From NCBI GenBank assembly GCA_963694715.1, contig CAVOEB010000003.1, positions 7,673 through 71,672 of the forward strand: DNA of 64,000 bases. The letters run 5' to 3'. The translations under genes were made by a program, and so were the position numbers. This stretch comes from Alphaproteobacteria bacterium (GTDB taxonomy: Bacteria; Pseudomonadota; Alphaproteobacteria; UBA828; JAPUJA01). The notes beneath the pieces are model-generated. The model had not been told where the DNA came from and did no database searches. It saw only the letters and a program-made list of their open reading frames with translations. Shown one piece after another: positions 1 through 9,235 of this stretch; position 1 is the first letter of the stretch, and each line of letters begins with the position of its first letter.

Positions 1-793
1 AGAACTGGTTGACCGGCGCGTCGGTGATCGCCAGCACGCGTGCGAGCTCGGGCTGATCCGCGGTCATGAAGCAGGGTAGCGCGACCAGCCCGAAGCCCGC
101 CTTCGCCGCCGCCATCTGGTTGAGCAGGTTGTTCGACCGGTAACACGGCACGGTGCCCGGCGCCTGCTGGCCGAGCCAGGCGATGGGGGGTACGCGGGCG
201 AGATTATCGATGCCGCCGATCAGGTCGTGTCCGTCGATCTCCGCCGCGCTTGATGGCGTGCCGTGCCGCTCCAGGTAATCCTTGGCCGCGTAGACCGCCC
301 AGGCGACGTCGGCGAGCTTGCGCCCGACCATGTCGCCCTCCAGCGTCGTCGCCATGCGAAACGCCACGTCCGCCTCGCGTTTGGTCAGGTTGAGGAAGCG
401 GTTGTCCACATTCATCTCGATGCCGATGCCCGGATAGGCGGCGCGGAAGCTGAGCAGGTGGCGGGGCAGTAGCGCCAGCGCCACGTCGTCCACGGTCGTG
501 ATCCGTATCACGCCCGAGAGCCGGTGGTCCCGGCCCGAGACGCGGGCGTCGAGCGCCGCCATCTCGTCCTCGATGCGCAGCGCATGCTCGAGCATCTCCT
601 CGCCCGGCAGGGTCAGGCTGTAGCCCGCGGCGAAACGCTCGAACAGGCGCACGCCCAACTCGTCTTCGAGCGCGTTGACGCGCCGGAATACCGTCGAATA
701 ATTGACCCCCAGCTCGCGCGCTGCCGGCGAAAGCCCGCCGCCCCGCGCGGTGGCGAGAAAAAACCGCAGATCGTCCCAGTTCAGCCGGTTCAT
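1..793 (-). CDS. LysR-family transcriptional regulator (C-terminal part runs off the window start)
   Basis: Manual reverse-complement translation from ATG (cat at 791-793) gives MNRLNWDDLRFFLATARGGGLSPAARELGVNYSTVFRRVNALEDELGVRLFERF..., a typical LysR N-terminal HTH followed by a substrate-binding domain. It is not in the ORF track because it is truncated at the window edge. It is divergent from the DoxX gene. Confidence 0.75.
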   Translation of the reverse strand, partial: MNRLNWDDLRFFLATARGGGLSPAARELGVNYSTVFRRVNALEDELGVRLFERFAAGYSLTLPGEEMLEHALRIEDEMAALDARVSGRDHRLSGVIRITTVDDVALALLPRHLLSFRAAYPGIGIEMNVDNRFLNLTKREADVAFRMATTLEGDMVGRKLADVAWAVYAAKDYLERHGTPSSAAEIDGHDLIGGIDNLARVPPIAWLGQQAPGTVPCYRSNNLLNQMAAAKAGFGLVALPCFMTADQPELARVLAITDAPVNQF

Positions 794-923
794 GGCCCGC
801 GCCCTCCCGGGGCGTCATTGTATAAATGCAAAAATAGATTCCGAATGTATCCAGTATTCATGCAAATAAGAGAATCATAGAATCTATCCCGATTCAACCC
901 ATCGAGCCCCCAGGAAAATTTCC

Positions 924-1361
924 ATGACCGACAACAAAACCGTTCCCTACGCCGCCCGGCTGCTCCGCGCGAGCCTGGGCGTCGCGCTCATCGCCCACGG
1001 GTTATTCCTCAAGGTCTTCGTCTTCACCATGCCCGGCACCGTCGGCTTCTTTGAACCGCTGGGCTATCCGGGCTGGTTCGCCTGGCTCACTATGCCCGCC
1101 GAAACCGGCGGTAGGCTGCTAATGATCGCGGGCCTGTTCTTCCGTTTCGCGGCGCTCGGCCTGATCCCGACGCTCGTCGGCGCGCTCCTCGTCCACGCCG
1201 CGAACGGCTGGGTCTTCAGTGCCGAACGCGGCGGCTGGGAATACCCCACCATCCTCATCGTGCTTGCGCTTGCCGTAGCCCCTCTCGGCTCGGGCGCCGA
1301 TGCGCTGCGCCTACCCTGGCTCGTGGGGCGCATCGCGCGGCTCGCCGCCGGGGCCTCATGA
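924..1361 (+). CDS. DoxX-family integral membrane protein
   Basis: 145 aa, hydrophobic, with the DoxX-like pattern (GLFLKVFVF...GYPGWFAWLTM...LIPTLVGALLVHAANGW). Divergent to the LysR gene. Confidence 0.6.
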   Translation: MTDNKTVPYAARLLRASLGVALIAHGLFLKVFVFTMPGTVGFFEPLGYPGWFAWLTMPAETGGRLLMIAGLFFRFAALGLIPTLVGALLVHAANGWVFSAERGGWEYPTILIVLALAVAPLGSGADALRLPWLVGRIARLAAGAS

Positions 1362-1440
1362 GGCACCACCTCTTGAGGCGGGTACTCCCCGCCGCCGCCC
1401 GCCCGCACTATGCTGCGGGCGGGCAACGCGGAGGAGTTCG

Positions 1441-2399
1441 ATGAAACTGATGGTCGACGGCGTCTGGCACCCCGATCATCCGGGGGCGCGGGCCTCGGGA
1501 TGGCGGCAACGCCCATGGTCTGCGAGGCATTCTCGGGCCGTATCACGGCCGACGGCTCCTCGGGCTTTCTGGCCTAGGCCGGGCGCTATCACCTCTACGT
1601 CTCTTATGCCTGCCCGTTCGCGCACCGCACCCTGATCGTCCGCGCGCTTAAAAGGCTCGAGGATGCGATTGCCACCTCCGTGCTCCATCCCCACTGGGCC
1701 GGGCCGCAAGGCTGGTGCTTTGGCGAGGGCCCGGATTCGACGATCGATCACGCGAATGGCTGCTATTATCTCTACGAGGTCTATGCGCTCGCCAAGCCCG
1801 ACATCGCGGGCCAGGTCAGCGTGCCCGTGCTGTGGGACAAAGAGACCCGGACCGTCGTTAACGCCGAGTCCGAAGACATCGCGTTCATGCTCAACAGCGA
1901 ATTCGACGATTTCGCCGGCGACGACGATCTCGACCTCTATCCCGAAGACCCCCGCCATCTGATCGACGATCTCGACCGCTTCGTCGCAGACAACATCGTC
2001 TCGGGCGTCTACAAGGCGGGCTTCGCGGCCAGTCAGCAGGCCTACGACGCCGCCTTCGATAATCTCTTCTTCGCGTTAAGCGAGCTCGAAACCCGGCTTC
2101 ATGTGGGGCCCTATATGTTCGGTGATCGGCTCACGGAAACCGACTGGCAGCTGTTTTCCACCCTGGTCCGCTTCGATACGGTCTATTACCCGCTGTTTCG
2201 CTGCAACCAGCGGCGCATCGCCGACTACCGCCGCCCCTCGGCCTGCCTGCGCCGGCTCTACGATATCCCGGGCGTCGCCGAGACCGTCCAATTCGACCAC
2301 ATCAAGCGCCACTATTTCGACGACCTCGACCTGATCCACCCCACGATCGTGCCCAAGGGCCCCGCGCTCGACCGCGGTTTACCCGTCGGGCCGGTATGA
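1441..2399 (+). pseudogene. Glutathionyl-hydroquinone reductase (YqjG / Xi-class GST) disrupted by a frameshift and an in-frame TAG
   Basis: The N-terminus MKLMVDGVWHPD (ATG 1441, frame 1) matches the YqjG start. The rest of the gene (AFSGRITADGSSGFLA*AGRYHLYVSYACPFAHRTLI..., frame 0) matches the YqjG CPxAHR active-site region but needs a frame change near 1480-1530. It also contains an in-frame TAG at 1575-1577 immediately before the conserved RYHLYVS motif. Confidence 0.6.
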
Positions 2400-2560
2400 G
2401 CGACAGCCGTGCAGCCGGAACGATAGCGCGGAGGCCGTGACTACGGCCCGCCGCAGGGCCGGGGTTGGCTTAAGGGCGGCCGGCCCCAAATCAAGACTAA
2501 TGCGCACCCGCGCAGGCGCAGGCCCTCAGGCCTGCTGCCATGAGCGACAAAAACAAATCC
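2400..2560. repeat. GC-rich intergenic repeat element, reverse orientation; core gggccggggttggcttaagggcggccggcc at 2456-2485
   Basis: The core is the reverse complement of the ggccgNccgccctNagccaaccccggccc core found at 16571-16595, 36403-36431 and 40083-40110. The flanking segment cgcacccgcgcaggcgcaggccctcaggcctgctgcc resembles 3395-3435. Confidence 0.45.
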
Positions 2561-2561
2561 C

Positions 2562-3320
2562 CTACCTCACGTAAGAAGCCCCGTTCACGTCGAGGGTCGA
2601 GCCCGTCAGGTGGCGCGCTCCGTCCGAGCAGAGAAACGCCGCCAGCGTGCCGATCTCGTCCGGCGGCGCCAGCTCGCCGAGCGGGATTTCCGCCACCGTG
2701 CGCGCCATGCCTTCCGCGTCCAAGCTTTCCGTTGCCATCTCGGTCGCGGTAAAGCCCGGCGCGATGCCGAACGCCAGGATGCCGTCGCCCGCGTAGCCCC
2801 GCGCGATGGTTTTGGTCAGCGCCACCAGCGCGCCCTTCGAGGCGGCGTAGGGCATCTGGTCGGGCGCATCGCCCCGATGCGCCGCCCGGCTCGAGATATT
2901 GATGATCCGGCCCCCACCCCATTTGCGAAAATCGAGGATCGCCGCGCGGCATAGCTCAGCGGGCGCGAACAGGTTGATCTGCATCACGCGGTGCCACGCC
3001 GTGTCCCACTCGTCCGTAGCCGCATCGACGGGCGCGGGCTCGAAGACGCCGGCGTTGTTGATCAAAACGTCGATCGGCGAGGTCAGCGCGCAGGCCCCCG
3101 GCCACAACCCCGCGACGGAAACCGGGTCCGCGAGGTCCGCCTGGATCGGCAGGCAAGCGTCCGCACCGATTTCGTCCCGAAGCGCGTTCGCCGCCGCCTC
3201 GGAACGCCCGTAATGGGCGATTATGCGCCCGCCCGCGTGGGCTACGGCGCGCGCAATCGCCGCCCCGATGCCGCGCGAGGCCCCCGTCACCAGCACCGTC
3301 TTGCCGTCTAGATCGATCAT
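2562..3320 (-). CDS. SDR-family short-chain dehydrogenase/reductase
   Basis: MIDLDGKTVLVTGASRGIGAAIA (TGxxxGIG Rossmann motif) and NNAG...YAASK catalytic motifs. The start was set at the ATG (cat 3318-3320) inside the longer track ORF. Confidence 0.7.
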   Translation of the reverse strand: MIDLDGKTVLVTGASRGIGAAIARAVAHAGGRIIAHYGRSEAAANALRDEIGADACLPIQADLADPVSVAGLWPGACALTSPIDVLINNAGVFEPAPVDAATDEWDTAWHRVMQINLFAPAELCRAAILDFRKWGGGRIINISSRAAHRGDAPDQMPYAASKGALVALTKTIARGYAGDGILAFGIAPGFTATEMATESLDAEGMARTVAEIPLGELAPPDEIGTLAAFLCSDGARHLTGSTLDVNGASYVR

Positions 3321-3339
3321 CGCCACCACCACCCTAGAT

Positions 3340-3445
3340 TGCTCCCGCCGCGCTAGCGGGCAAGGCCTTGACCACGGCCCGCCCCAATAAAAACGGTGCG
3401 CTCGCACAGGCGCGGGCCTTCAGGCCCGCTGCCGTGAGTGATAAA
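3340..3445. repeat. Partial copy of the intergenic repeat family
   Basis: cgcacaggcgcgggccttcaggcccgctgccgtgagtgataaatcc closely parallels 2500-2560 (cgcacccgcgcaggcgcaggccctcaggcctgctgccatgagcgacaaaaacaaatcc). Confidence 0.3.
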
Positions 3446-3457
3446 TCCGTCGGCATC

Positions 3458-4459
3458 TCAGCCGACGGAAAACCCGTGGGCGAAGGGGTCGCGGTCGTCG
3501 ACGAAGATGGTGTTCAGCCCGGTCAGGCGCGCCCAGCCCGCGATGCTGGGCTTGATCCCGTCATAATTGCCGACCTTCACCGCCTCCTCCACCCGGCAGT
3601 GGAACAGGCTGCCGATGATGCTCTCGTGGACGAACCCGTCGCCCGGCGCAAGCTTGCCCTTCGCCGCCCACTGCGCCATGCGCGCCGAGGTCCCCGTGCC
3701 GCAGGGCGAGCGGTCGATGGCGTGATCGCCGTAAAACACTGCGTTGCGCCCGTGCGCCTCAGGCTGGGTCGGCTCGCCCGTCCACATCACGTGGCTGACA
3801 CCCTTGACCGTCGCATCCTCGGGATGGACCGGCTGCACGGCCGCGCGCGCTAGCTCGCGCACCACGGGGCTGTAGCGTAGGATATCGGCAGCGCTGAATT
3901 CGTTTAACCCCGGATAGTTCTTCTGGGGGTCGACGATGGCGTAGAAGTTGCCGCCGTAGCCTACGTCGAGGACGATCTCGCCCAACCCGGGCACCTCGAC
4001 GCTCACGTCCGCGGCGGCGAGGTAGCAGCCGACGTTGAATATCCGCACCGAGTTCACGTAATCGCCCTCACGCGCGTATTCCACGCCGACCAGTCCGGCG
4101 GGCGTATCGAGCGTGAGCCGACCCTCCTCGCGGGGCGTGATCAGCCCGTGTTCGAGGCCTAGCGTCACTGTGCCGATGGTGCCGTGGCCGCACATGGGCA
4201 GGCAGCCCGTGGTCTCGATGAACAGAAACGCGATGTCGGCGTCTTCGCGCGTCGGCGGGTAGAGGATCGCGCCCGACATCAGATCGTGGCCGCGCGGCTC
4301 GAACATCAGCGCCGTGCGTATCCAGTCGAAGCGGGCGAGGAAATCCTGGCGCTTCTCGCTCATGGTCGCGCCCGTCAAAACCGGCGCGCCCCCCGCGACC
4401 ACGCGCACCGGGTTGCCGCAGGTGTGGCCGTCGATGCAGAAGAAACTGTGGCTTGCCAC
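3458..4459 (-). CDS. Proline-racemase-family enzyme, probably 4-hydroxyproline 2-epimerase
   Basis: FFCIDGHTCGNPVRVV N-terminus. Both catalytic Cys motifs are present (MCGHGTIG and DRSPCGTGTSA), which favours an epimerase/racemase rather than the Cys-to-Thr trans-3-hydroxyproline dehydratase. Start set at GTG 4457-4459; the track ORF extension to 5143 is a GC-rich artefact overlapping the DapA gene. Confidence 0.7.
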   Translation of the reverse strand: MASHSFFCIDGHTCGNPVRVVAGGAPVLTGATMSEKRQDFLARFDWIRTALMFEPRGHDLMSGAILYPPTREDADIAFLFIETTGCLPMCGHGTIGTVTLGLEHGLITPREEGRLTLDTPAGLVGVEYAREGDYVNSVRIFNVGCYLAAADVSVEVPGLGEIVLDVGYGGNFYAIVDPQKNYPGLNEFSAADILRYSPVVRELARAAVQPVHPEDATVKGVSHVMWTGEPTQPEAHGRNAVFYGDHAIDRSPCGTGTSARMAQWAAKGKLAPGDGFVHESIIGSLFHCRVEEAVKVGNYDGIKPSIAGWARLTGLNTIFVDDRDPFAHGFSVG

Positions 4460-4470
4460 GCGGCCGCGCC

Positions 4471-5385
4471 CTACTCGGCGGCCACGGGCTTGCCGAGCAC
4501 AGGGATGTTTGCCATCGCTGCTTCGATGATGCCGGCTACCTCGCGCGCCTCCGCATCGTCGAGCGCAAGGCGGGGGCCGCGCACCGTTGCCGTGCCCCGG
4601 CCCTGCATCGCGGCCGCAAGCTTGAGGCACTGGACCAGCGTGGGCCGCGAATCGAGCGCGAGGATGGGCGCGAACCAGTCGAACAGCGCGCGGGCTTCTG
4701 CTTCCCGTCCGGCGCGCGCGGCGTGAAACATCGCCACGGACTCTCTGGGGAAGGCGTTGACGAAGCCCGAGATCCAGCCCTCCGCGCCGGCCGCGACCAT
4801 GTCGAGCACGATGTCGTCGGCGCCGCAGAAGATGGCGAAATTCTCGCCCAGCGTTCCGTGCAGGGCAACACAGCGGGCAAGCTCGCCCGAGCTTTCCTTC
4901 GCCGCGCAAAAGCGGCCATCGTCCGCGAGTTCCGCGATTACGTCGGGCGCCATGTCCGAGCCGTAGGTGCCCGGGTTGTTGTAGATCATCACGGGCAGGG
5001 CGCTGGCCTCGGCGATGGTGTGAAAGTGGGCGAGGATTTCGGCGCGGCCCGATTTGTAGACCAGTCCCGGCACCACCATCAGGCCCGATGCGCCCACCGC
5101 TTCCGCTTTGCCAGCCAATGCCGCGCCGGCCCGGGTCGAGCATTCCGCGATCCCGGCGAGCACGGGCACGCGCCCTGCTACGGTCTCGACGATCGCGGCC
5201 AGCAGCGCGCGCTTTTCGGCTTCGTCGAGGGTGAAGTTCTCGCCCGAGGTGCCGAGCGCCACGATTCCGTCTACGCCGTCCGCGATCAGCCGGTCGATCT
5301 CGGTTTGGGTCGCCGCGATGTCGAGGCTTTGGTCGGCGCGAAACTGGGTCAACACGGCCGGATAGACCCCCTGCCAGTTCGCCAT
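4471..5385 (-). CDS. DapA/DHDPS-family lyase (candidate 1-pyrroline-4-hydroxy-2-carboxylate deaminase)
   Basis: 304 aa with a dihydrodipicolinate-synthase-family fold (GIVALGTSGE...lysine-containing motif). Pairing with the proline-racemase-family gene is the classic hydroxyproline catabolic arrangement. Confidence 0.7.
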   Translation of the reverse strand: MANWQGVYPAVLTQFRADQSLDIAATQTEIDRLIADGVDGIVALGTSGENFTLDEAEKRALLAAIVETVAGRVPVLAGIAECSTRAGAALAGKAEAVGASGLMVVPGLVYKSGRAEILAHFHTIAEASALPVMIYNNPGTYGSDMAPDVIAELADDGRFCAAKESSGELARCVALHGTLGENFAIFCGADDIVLDMVAAGAEGWISGFVNAFPRESVAMFHAARAGREAEARALFDWFAPILALDSRPTLVQCLKLAAAMQGRGTATVRGPRLALDDAEAREVAGIIEAAMANIPVLGKPVAAE

Positions 5386-5561
5386 GATTTGTCTCCTTAG
5401 TCCTGGAGCCTAAGCATTTCGCGCCTGCGGCGCGCTGTCAACGGCGCGATATTTGTACTTGGTCTCGCCACAAAGCGCGGCTAAGCTCTTGGATCATCAA
5501 GGATCGTCGCGGTCTTCATTGTAGCGATTCCAAAAGAACAACATTTTAGGGAGAGGTAATT

Positions 5562-6974
5562 ATGCGATTTATGAGGAACGAATCCGTCCGCTGGGCGGCC
5601 GGCACGGCCTTTGCGGCCGCCCTGGGTCTCGGCGCCGGGCTGGCCTCGGGCGAGGCCAAGGCTTGGTCGCTCGAAGAGGCGGCGGCGCCCTATGCGGGCA
5701 CTTCGCTCAATATCATCTGCCAGGCCTACACGCCGTGCTACGCGATCGAGGGGCTGACCCCTGAGTTCACGGAGATCACCGGCATCGAGGTCAACTTCGA
5801 GCTGACTGATCTCGATACAGCGGGCAAGAAGGGCATGACCGACGTGATCACCGGCGGCGGCTTCTACGACATCATCGAGGTCCAGGGCTTCACCAACGCG
5901 TTGTGGACGATCCAGGAACTCTCCGAGCCGTACGACGCGTATTACAACGATTCCGCGCTGCGCGATCCAGGCTTCTCGATCGACGACATCATCCCCGCGC
6001 TCAACGACATGAACTGCATCTACCAGGGCAAGCAGGTCTGCATGCCCAAGGAGTATTTCGTGAGCTTCGCCGTGATGCGCAAGGACATCATCGCCGATGC
6101 CGGCGAGCGCGCCGCGTTCAGCGCTAAGTACGGCTACGACCTGCCGCCAGCCAACGATGTAGTGACCGTCGACACGTGGGAGCAGTGGGGCGACATGGCT
6201 GAGTTCTTCACCCGCGATGCGGGCGAGACCCTGGCCGGCAATACCCTTGAGAGCGATTTCTACGGCATCAGCGTTTCGTTCAAGCGCTACCTGACCGTCT
6301 GGTACGACTGGATGGAAGCGATGACCGCCATGGGCGGCGAGATGTTCGATTCGGACTACAACCTCACGATCAACTCGCCCGAGGGCGTCGCCGCACTGGA
6401 CTTCATGCGTGCCATGACGGCCTATGCGCCGCCGAGCTACGGCGAGTATACCTGGGACGAGCAATATTCCGATTTCTGCAACGGCAACACGTTTAGCGGT
6501 TGGGCCTGGGCGGATGTCGCCTTCTACCTCCAAATCGAGGAGGACTGCCCGGCTTCGGCACACAACACCACCCACTTCCTCTATCCGGGCGAGCATTTGT
6601 CCATCCCCTACGCCAACACCTGGACGATCCCGTCGACCTCGACGAAGAAGGAAGCGGCGTATTTGTGGGTCCAGTGGACGACGTCCTACGAGACCCAGAT
6701 GAAGGCGACCAAAGACGGTTGGTTGCCCAACCGGCGTGACGTGCTGGCCGATCCCAAGTGGCAGGAGGATCACCACACGGCGAGCTGGACCACGGTCCAT
6801 CTCGAGGCGCTGGACAACGGCTATCTCGGCAAGATCCACAAGCATCCGGGTAGCCAGGCGCTGCTCGATATGATGGTTGAGGAGCTCTCGGCGGCGATCC
6901 ACTCTGACGATTCGTCGCAGATCATCTTGGACAAGATCCAGGAGCAGGCCGCGGAGTTCATTACTAAGGAATAG
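5562..6974 (+). CDS. ABC-transporter periplasmic solute-binding protein (family 1) with a signal peptide
   Basis: 470 aa. Signal peptide MRFMRNESVRWAAGTAFAAALGLGAGLASGEA. RBS ggagagg upstream. Lower GC than neighbours. No cognate permease or ATPase genes are adjacent. Confidence 0.75.
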   Translation: MRFMRNESVRWAAGTAFAAALGLGAGLASGEAKAWSLEEAAAPYAGTSLNIICQAYTPCYAIEGLTPEFTEITGIEVNFELTDLDTAGKKGMTDVITGGGFYDIIEVQGFTNALWTIQELSEPYDAYYNDSALRDPGFSIDDIIPALNDMNCIYQGKQVCMPKEYFVSFAVMRKDIIADAGERAAFSAKYGYDLPPANDVVTVDTWEQWGDMAEFFTRDAGETLAGNTLESDFYGISVSFKRYLTVWYDWMEAMTAMGGEMFDSDYNLTINSPEGVAALDFMRAMTAYAPPSYGEYTWDEQYSDFCNGNTFSGWAWADVAFYLQIEEDCPASAHNTTHFLYPGEHLSIPYANTWTIPSTSTKKEAAYLWVQWTTSYETQMKATKDGWLPNRRDVLADPKWQEDHHTASWTTVHLEALDNGYLGKIHKHPGSQALLDMMVEELSAAIHSDDSSQIILDKIQEQAAEFITKE

Positions 6975-7000
6975 ATGATCCGGCCACTTCGGCCTATCAG

Positions 7001-7040
7001 GACCCGGTCCGGCATCTCGCCGGACCGGGTCTTTTTTTTT
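7001..7040 (+). terminator. Rho-independent terminator after the solute-binding protein gene
   Basis: gacccggtccgg catctcg ccggaccgggtc followed by a 9-T run (7032-7040). Confidence 0.6.
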
Positions 7041-7069
7041 ATAGTGGGTAGATAGCCGCCCGCAGGCGG

Positions 7070-8479
7070 TTAGATCGGCGGGCGCTCGCCGGCCCAGGGT
7101 CGGACCTTTTCCAGTGCCGCGCCGATGCGCAACGGCGTGAGATCGTCGTAGCGCCGGCCGACGATCTGCAGGCCCGTCGGCAGCTTATCGGCCGAAAAGC
7201 CCGAAGGCACCGAAAGCGCGGGCAGCATCAGCGCGTTGAACTGCATGGTCATGTCCATGTTGACGTACTTGCCGCCGGGCGCTTCCTCAAGGCTCGCGAA
7301 CTCGTCGTAATCGACGCTCGGCGCTGGGATCGATTCCGTTGGACAGAGCAGCGCGTTGCAACGCTCGAAGATCGGCACCAGCGCCATCCAGGCTTCGGTG
7401 TAGACCACCTCGGTCTTCATCAGATCGACCGCCGAGAGCTTGGCACCGCGTTCCATCGCCGCGACGATGATGGGCGTCATCCGATCGCGCCATTCGTCGA
7501 GATGGTGACCAAAATGGGCCGCTTCAAAGGCGCACCAGTAATCCCACCAGACCTCTGGGAACTCGCGGGTCCAGGGTAGCGAGACCTCCTCGATCTCGGC
7601 GCCGGCCTCTTCGAGCACCTTGGCGCAGGCACGCAGGTTGGCCTCGACATCCGGATCGACCGCGTAGCAGCCCAGATCGACATTGAGCGCGAGGCGCATG
7701 CCGGTCAGGTCCGAGGGCGTGGGGATCGGTACGTCGAGCGCGGGCGCCAATGTGTTGTGGTCGCGCTCGTCGGGGCCCTGGCAGATGTCGAGAAAGAGCG
7801 CCGCGTCGTCGATGGTCCGCGACAGCGGGCCGTGGCAAAACATGGTGTCCCATTGGGTCGGCAGCCACTCGAAGGGAATTCGCCCCGAATGGGGTTTGAG
7901 ACCGACGCAGCCCGAGTGCGATGCGGGGATGCGTACCGAGCCGCCCGCGTCCGAGCCCTCGGCCAGCGGCACGCATCCGCTGGACACCGCCGCTGCCGAG
8001 CCGCCCGACGAGCCGCCCGGCGTGCGCTCCGGGTTCCACGGGTTACGCGTAACCCCCCACAGCTCGCTGAAGGTCTTGCTGGAGAAGGCGAACTCGGGCG
8101 TCGTCGTCTTGCCGACCATGATGCCACCGGCATTTTCCAGGTTCTCGACCACGAGGGCGTCGAAGTCGGGCACCCAGTTCTCGTAGATCGCCGAGCCGAG
8201 CGTGGTGCGCTTGCCCTTGGTCGGTGTTGCGTCCTTGATCGCGATCGGCACGCCGTGCAAGGGGCCGAGCGGTTCGCCCGCCATCACCGCCACCTCCGCC
8301 GCCTTGGCCTTCTCGATCGCCTCGTCGGGAAAGGTGAAGCAGAAGCAGTTGAGCGTCGGGTTGACCTCCTCGATCCGCGCCAAGCTATTTTCGACCAGCT
8401 CGACGGGCGAGACGTCCTTGGCGCGGACCCGCGCGGCCAGCTCGGTGGCCGGTGTGTAACAGAGATCGAGATCGCTCAT
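7070..8479 (-). CDS. Amidase-signature-family amidase (GatA-like)
   Basis: 469 aa. GGSSGGSAAAVSSG...GSDAGGSVRIPAS amidase-signature motifs. Confidence 0.8.
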   Translation of the reverse strand: MSDLDLCYTPATELAARVRAKDVSPVELVENSLARIEEVNPTLNCFCFTFPDEAIEKAKAAEVAVMAGEPLGPLHGVPIAIKDATPTKGKRTTLGSAIYENWVPDFDALVVENLENAGGIMVGKTTTPEFAFSSKTFSELWGVTRNPWNPERTPGGSSGGSAAAVSSGCVPLAEGSDAGGSVRIPASHSGCVGLKPHSGRIPFEWLPTQWDTMFCHGPLSRTIDDAALFLDICQGPDERDHNTLAPALDVPIPTPSDLTGMRLALNVDLGCYAVDPDVEANLRACAKVLEEAGAEIEEVSLPWTREFPEVWWDYWCAFEAAHFGHHLDEWRDRMTPIIVAAMERGAKLSAVDLMKTEVVYTEAWMALVPIFERCNALLCPTESIPAPSVDYDEFASLEEAPGGKYVNMDMTMQFNALMLPALSVPSGFSADKLPTGLQIVGRRYDDLTPLRIGAALEKVRPWAGERPPI

Positions 8480-8533
8480 CGCCGTATCCTTTCCTGTAGG
8501 GTGACCGTCGGGTCAGCCGCCCTTGTTTGCGAG

Positions 8534-9235
8534 TTAGGCCACGGCCAGTTCGTGGAGCCGCGCATCGCCTGCCGCGAGCAGCCGCTCGACTGGATAGCCG
8601 CCCAGCGCGCAGCCCTCCCAGTTGGTCACGATCCCGCCCGCGCCCTCGATGATGGGCAGGTGGGCGAGATAGTCGTGAGGCGATACGGTGCTCTCGACGT
8701 GAAGATCGATCAGCCCTTGGGCGACAAAGCCCCCGGCGTGGGTGTAGCTACCATAGCCGACGATTCCGACGGCTCGGGTAAATTCGAAGAAGGCGTCGTG
8801 ATCCGCCGGGCGGATGTAGGCGGGCGAGGCGCAGCAGAGCAGGGCGTCGGCCAGCGCCAGCCCCGGATCGGGCTGTTGATGATACCGAGCGTGGGTGTGC
8901 TTCTCTGGCGCAGCGCGATCGCGGTCGTGAACATAGAGCTTCCGGTGACGAAGCCGTTGGTGCCATCGACCGGGTCGAGCACCCAGACGAACTCGGCCTC
9001 GTCGTTCTCGGGCGGGAATTCCTCGCCGACGATGCCGTGGCCGGGATAGCGCGCGGATCGCCTCGCGCATGACGACCTCGCCTTTCTTATCGGCCAGGCT
9101 GTAGCACGACCCGTCGGGCTTTATTTCGACGGGCGCGGCGTCGGGATTCTGGAAGTAGTGGCGGATCGGTCCGGCCGCGGTCTCGGCAAGAATTTCGCCG
9201 AACTCAACGAACTCGTCGGGGCAGGGCTCGCTCAC
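8534..9235 (-). pseudogene. IMPase-family phosphatase (histidinol-phosphatase-like), double frameshift; paralog of 26308-27114
   Basis: The N-terminal (CPDEFVEFGEILAETA) and C-terminal (HDYLAHLPIIEGAGGIVTNWEG) parts are in one frame. The conserved middle (VWVLDPVDGTNGFVTGSSMFTTAIALRQRSTPTLGIINSPIRG) is only readable in another frame (track ORF 8710-8982). This implies indels near about 9040 and about 8870. The GTG start overlaps the stop of the kinase gene (GTGA). Confidence 0.6.

Noticed and set aside
204-818. 204-aa minus-strand ORF (MTPREGAGHEP...) and other Arg/Gly/Pro-rich ORFs in this region
   Set aside because: It overlaps the authentic LysR reading frame on the same strand in a different frame. 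The composition is typical of an off-frame GC-rich translation.
3458-5143. 561-aa version of the proline-racemase ORF
   Set aside because: Only the last about 333 codons are protein-like. The N-terminal 230 codons are RGRP-rich and overlap the DapA-family gene, so the gene was trimmed to the GTG at 4459.
5481-6902. 473-aa ORF antisense to the solute-binding protein gene
   Set aside because: A shadow ORF on the opposite strand of a well-supported gene with no recognisable domains. The same reasoning was applied to 7757-9049, 9820-11556, 15127-16443, 16702-17913, 19519-20637, 23719-24795, 26137-27150, 28485-29516, 29327-30355, 30730-31833, 35261-35980, 38688-39845, 43766-45103, 46616-47407, 53087-54145, 54786-55811, 56935-58233 and 59150-60361.
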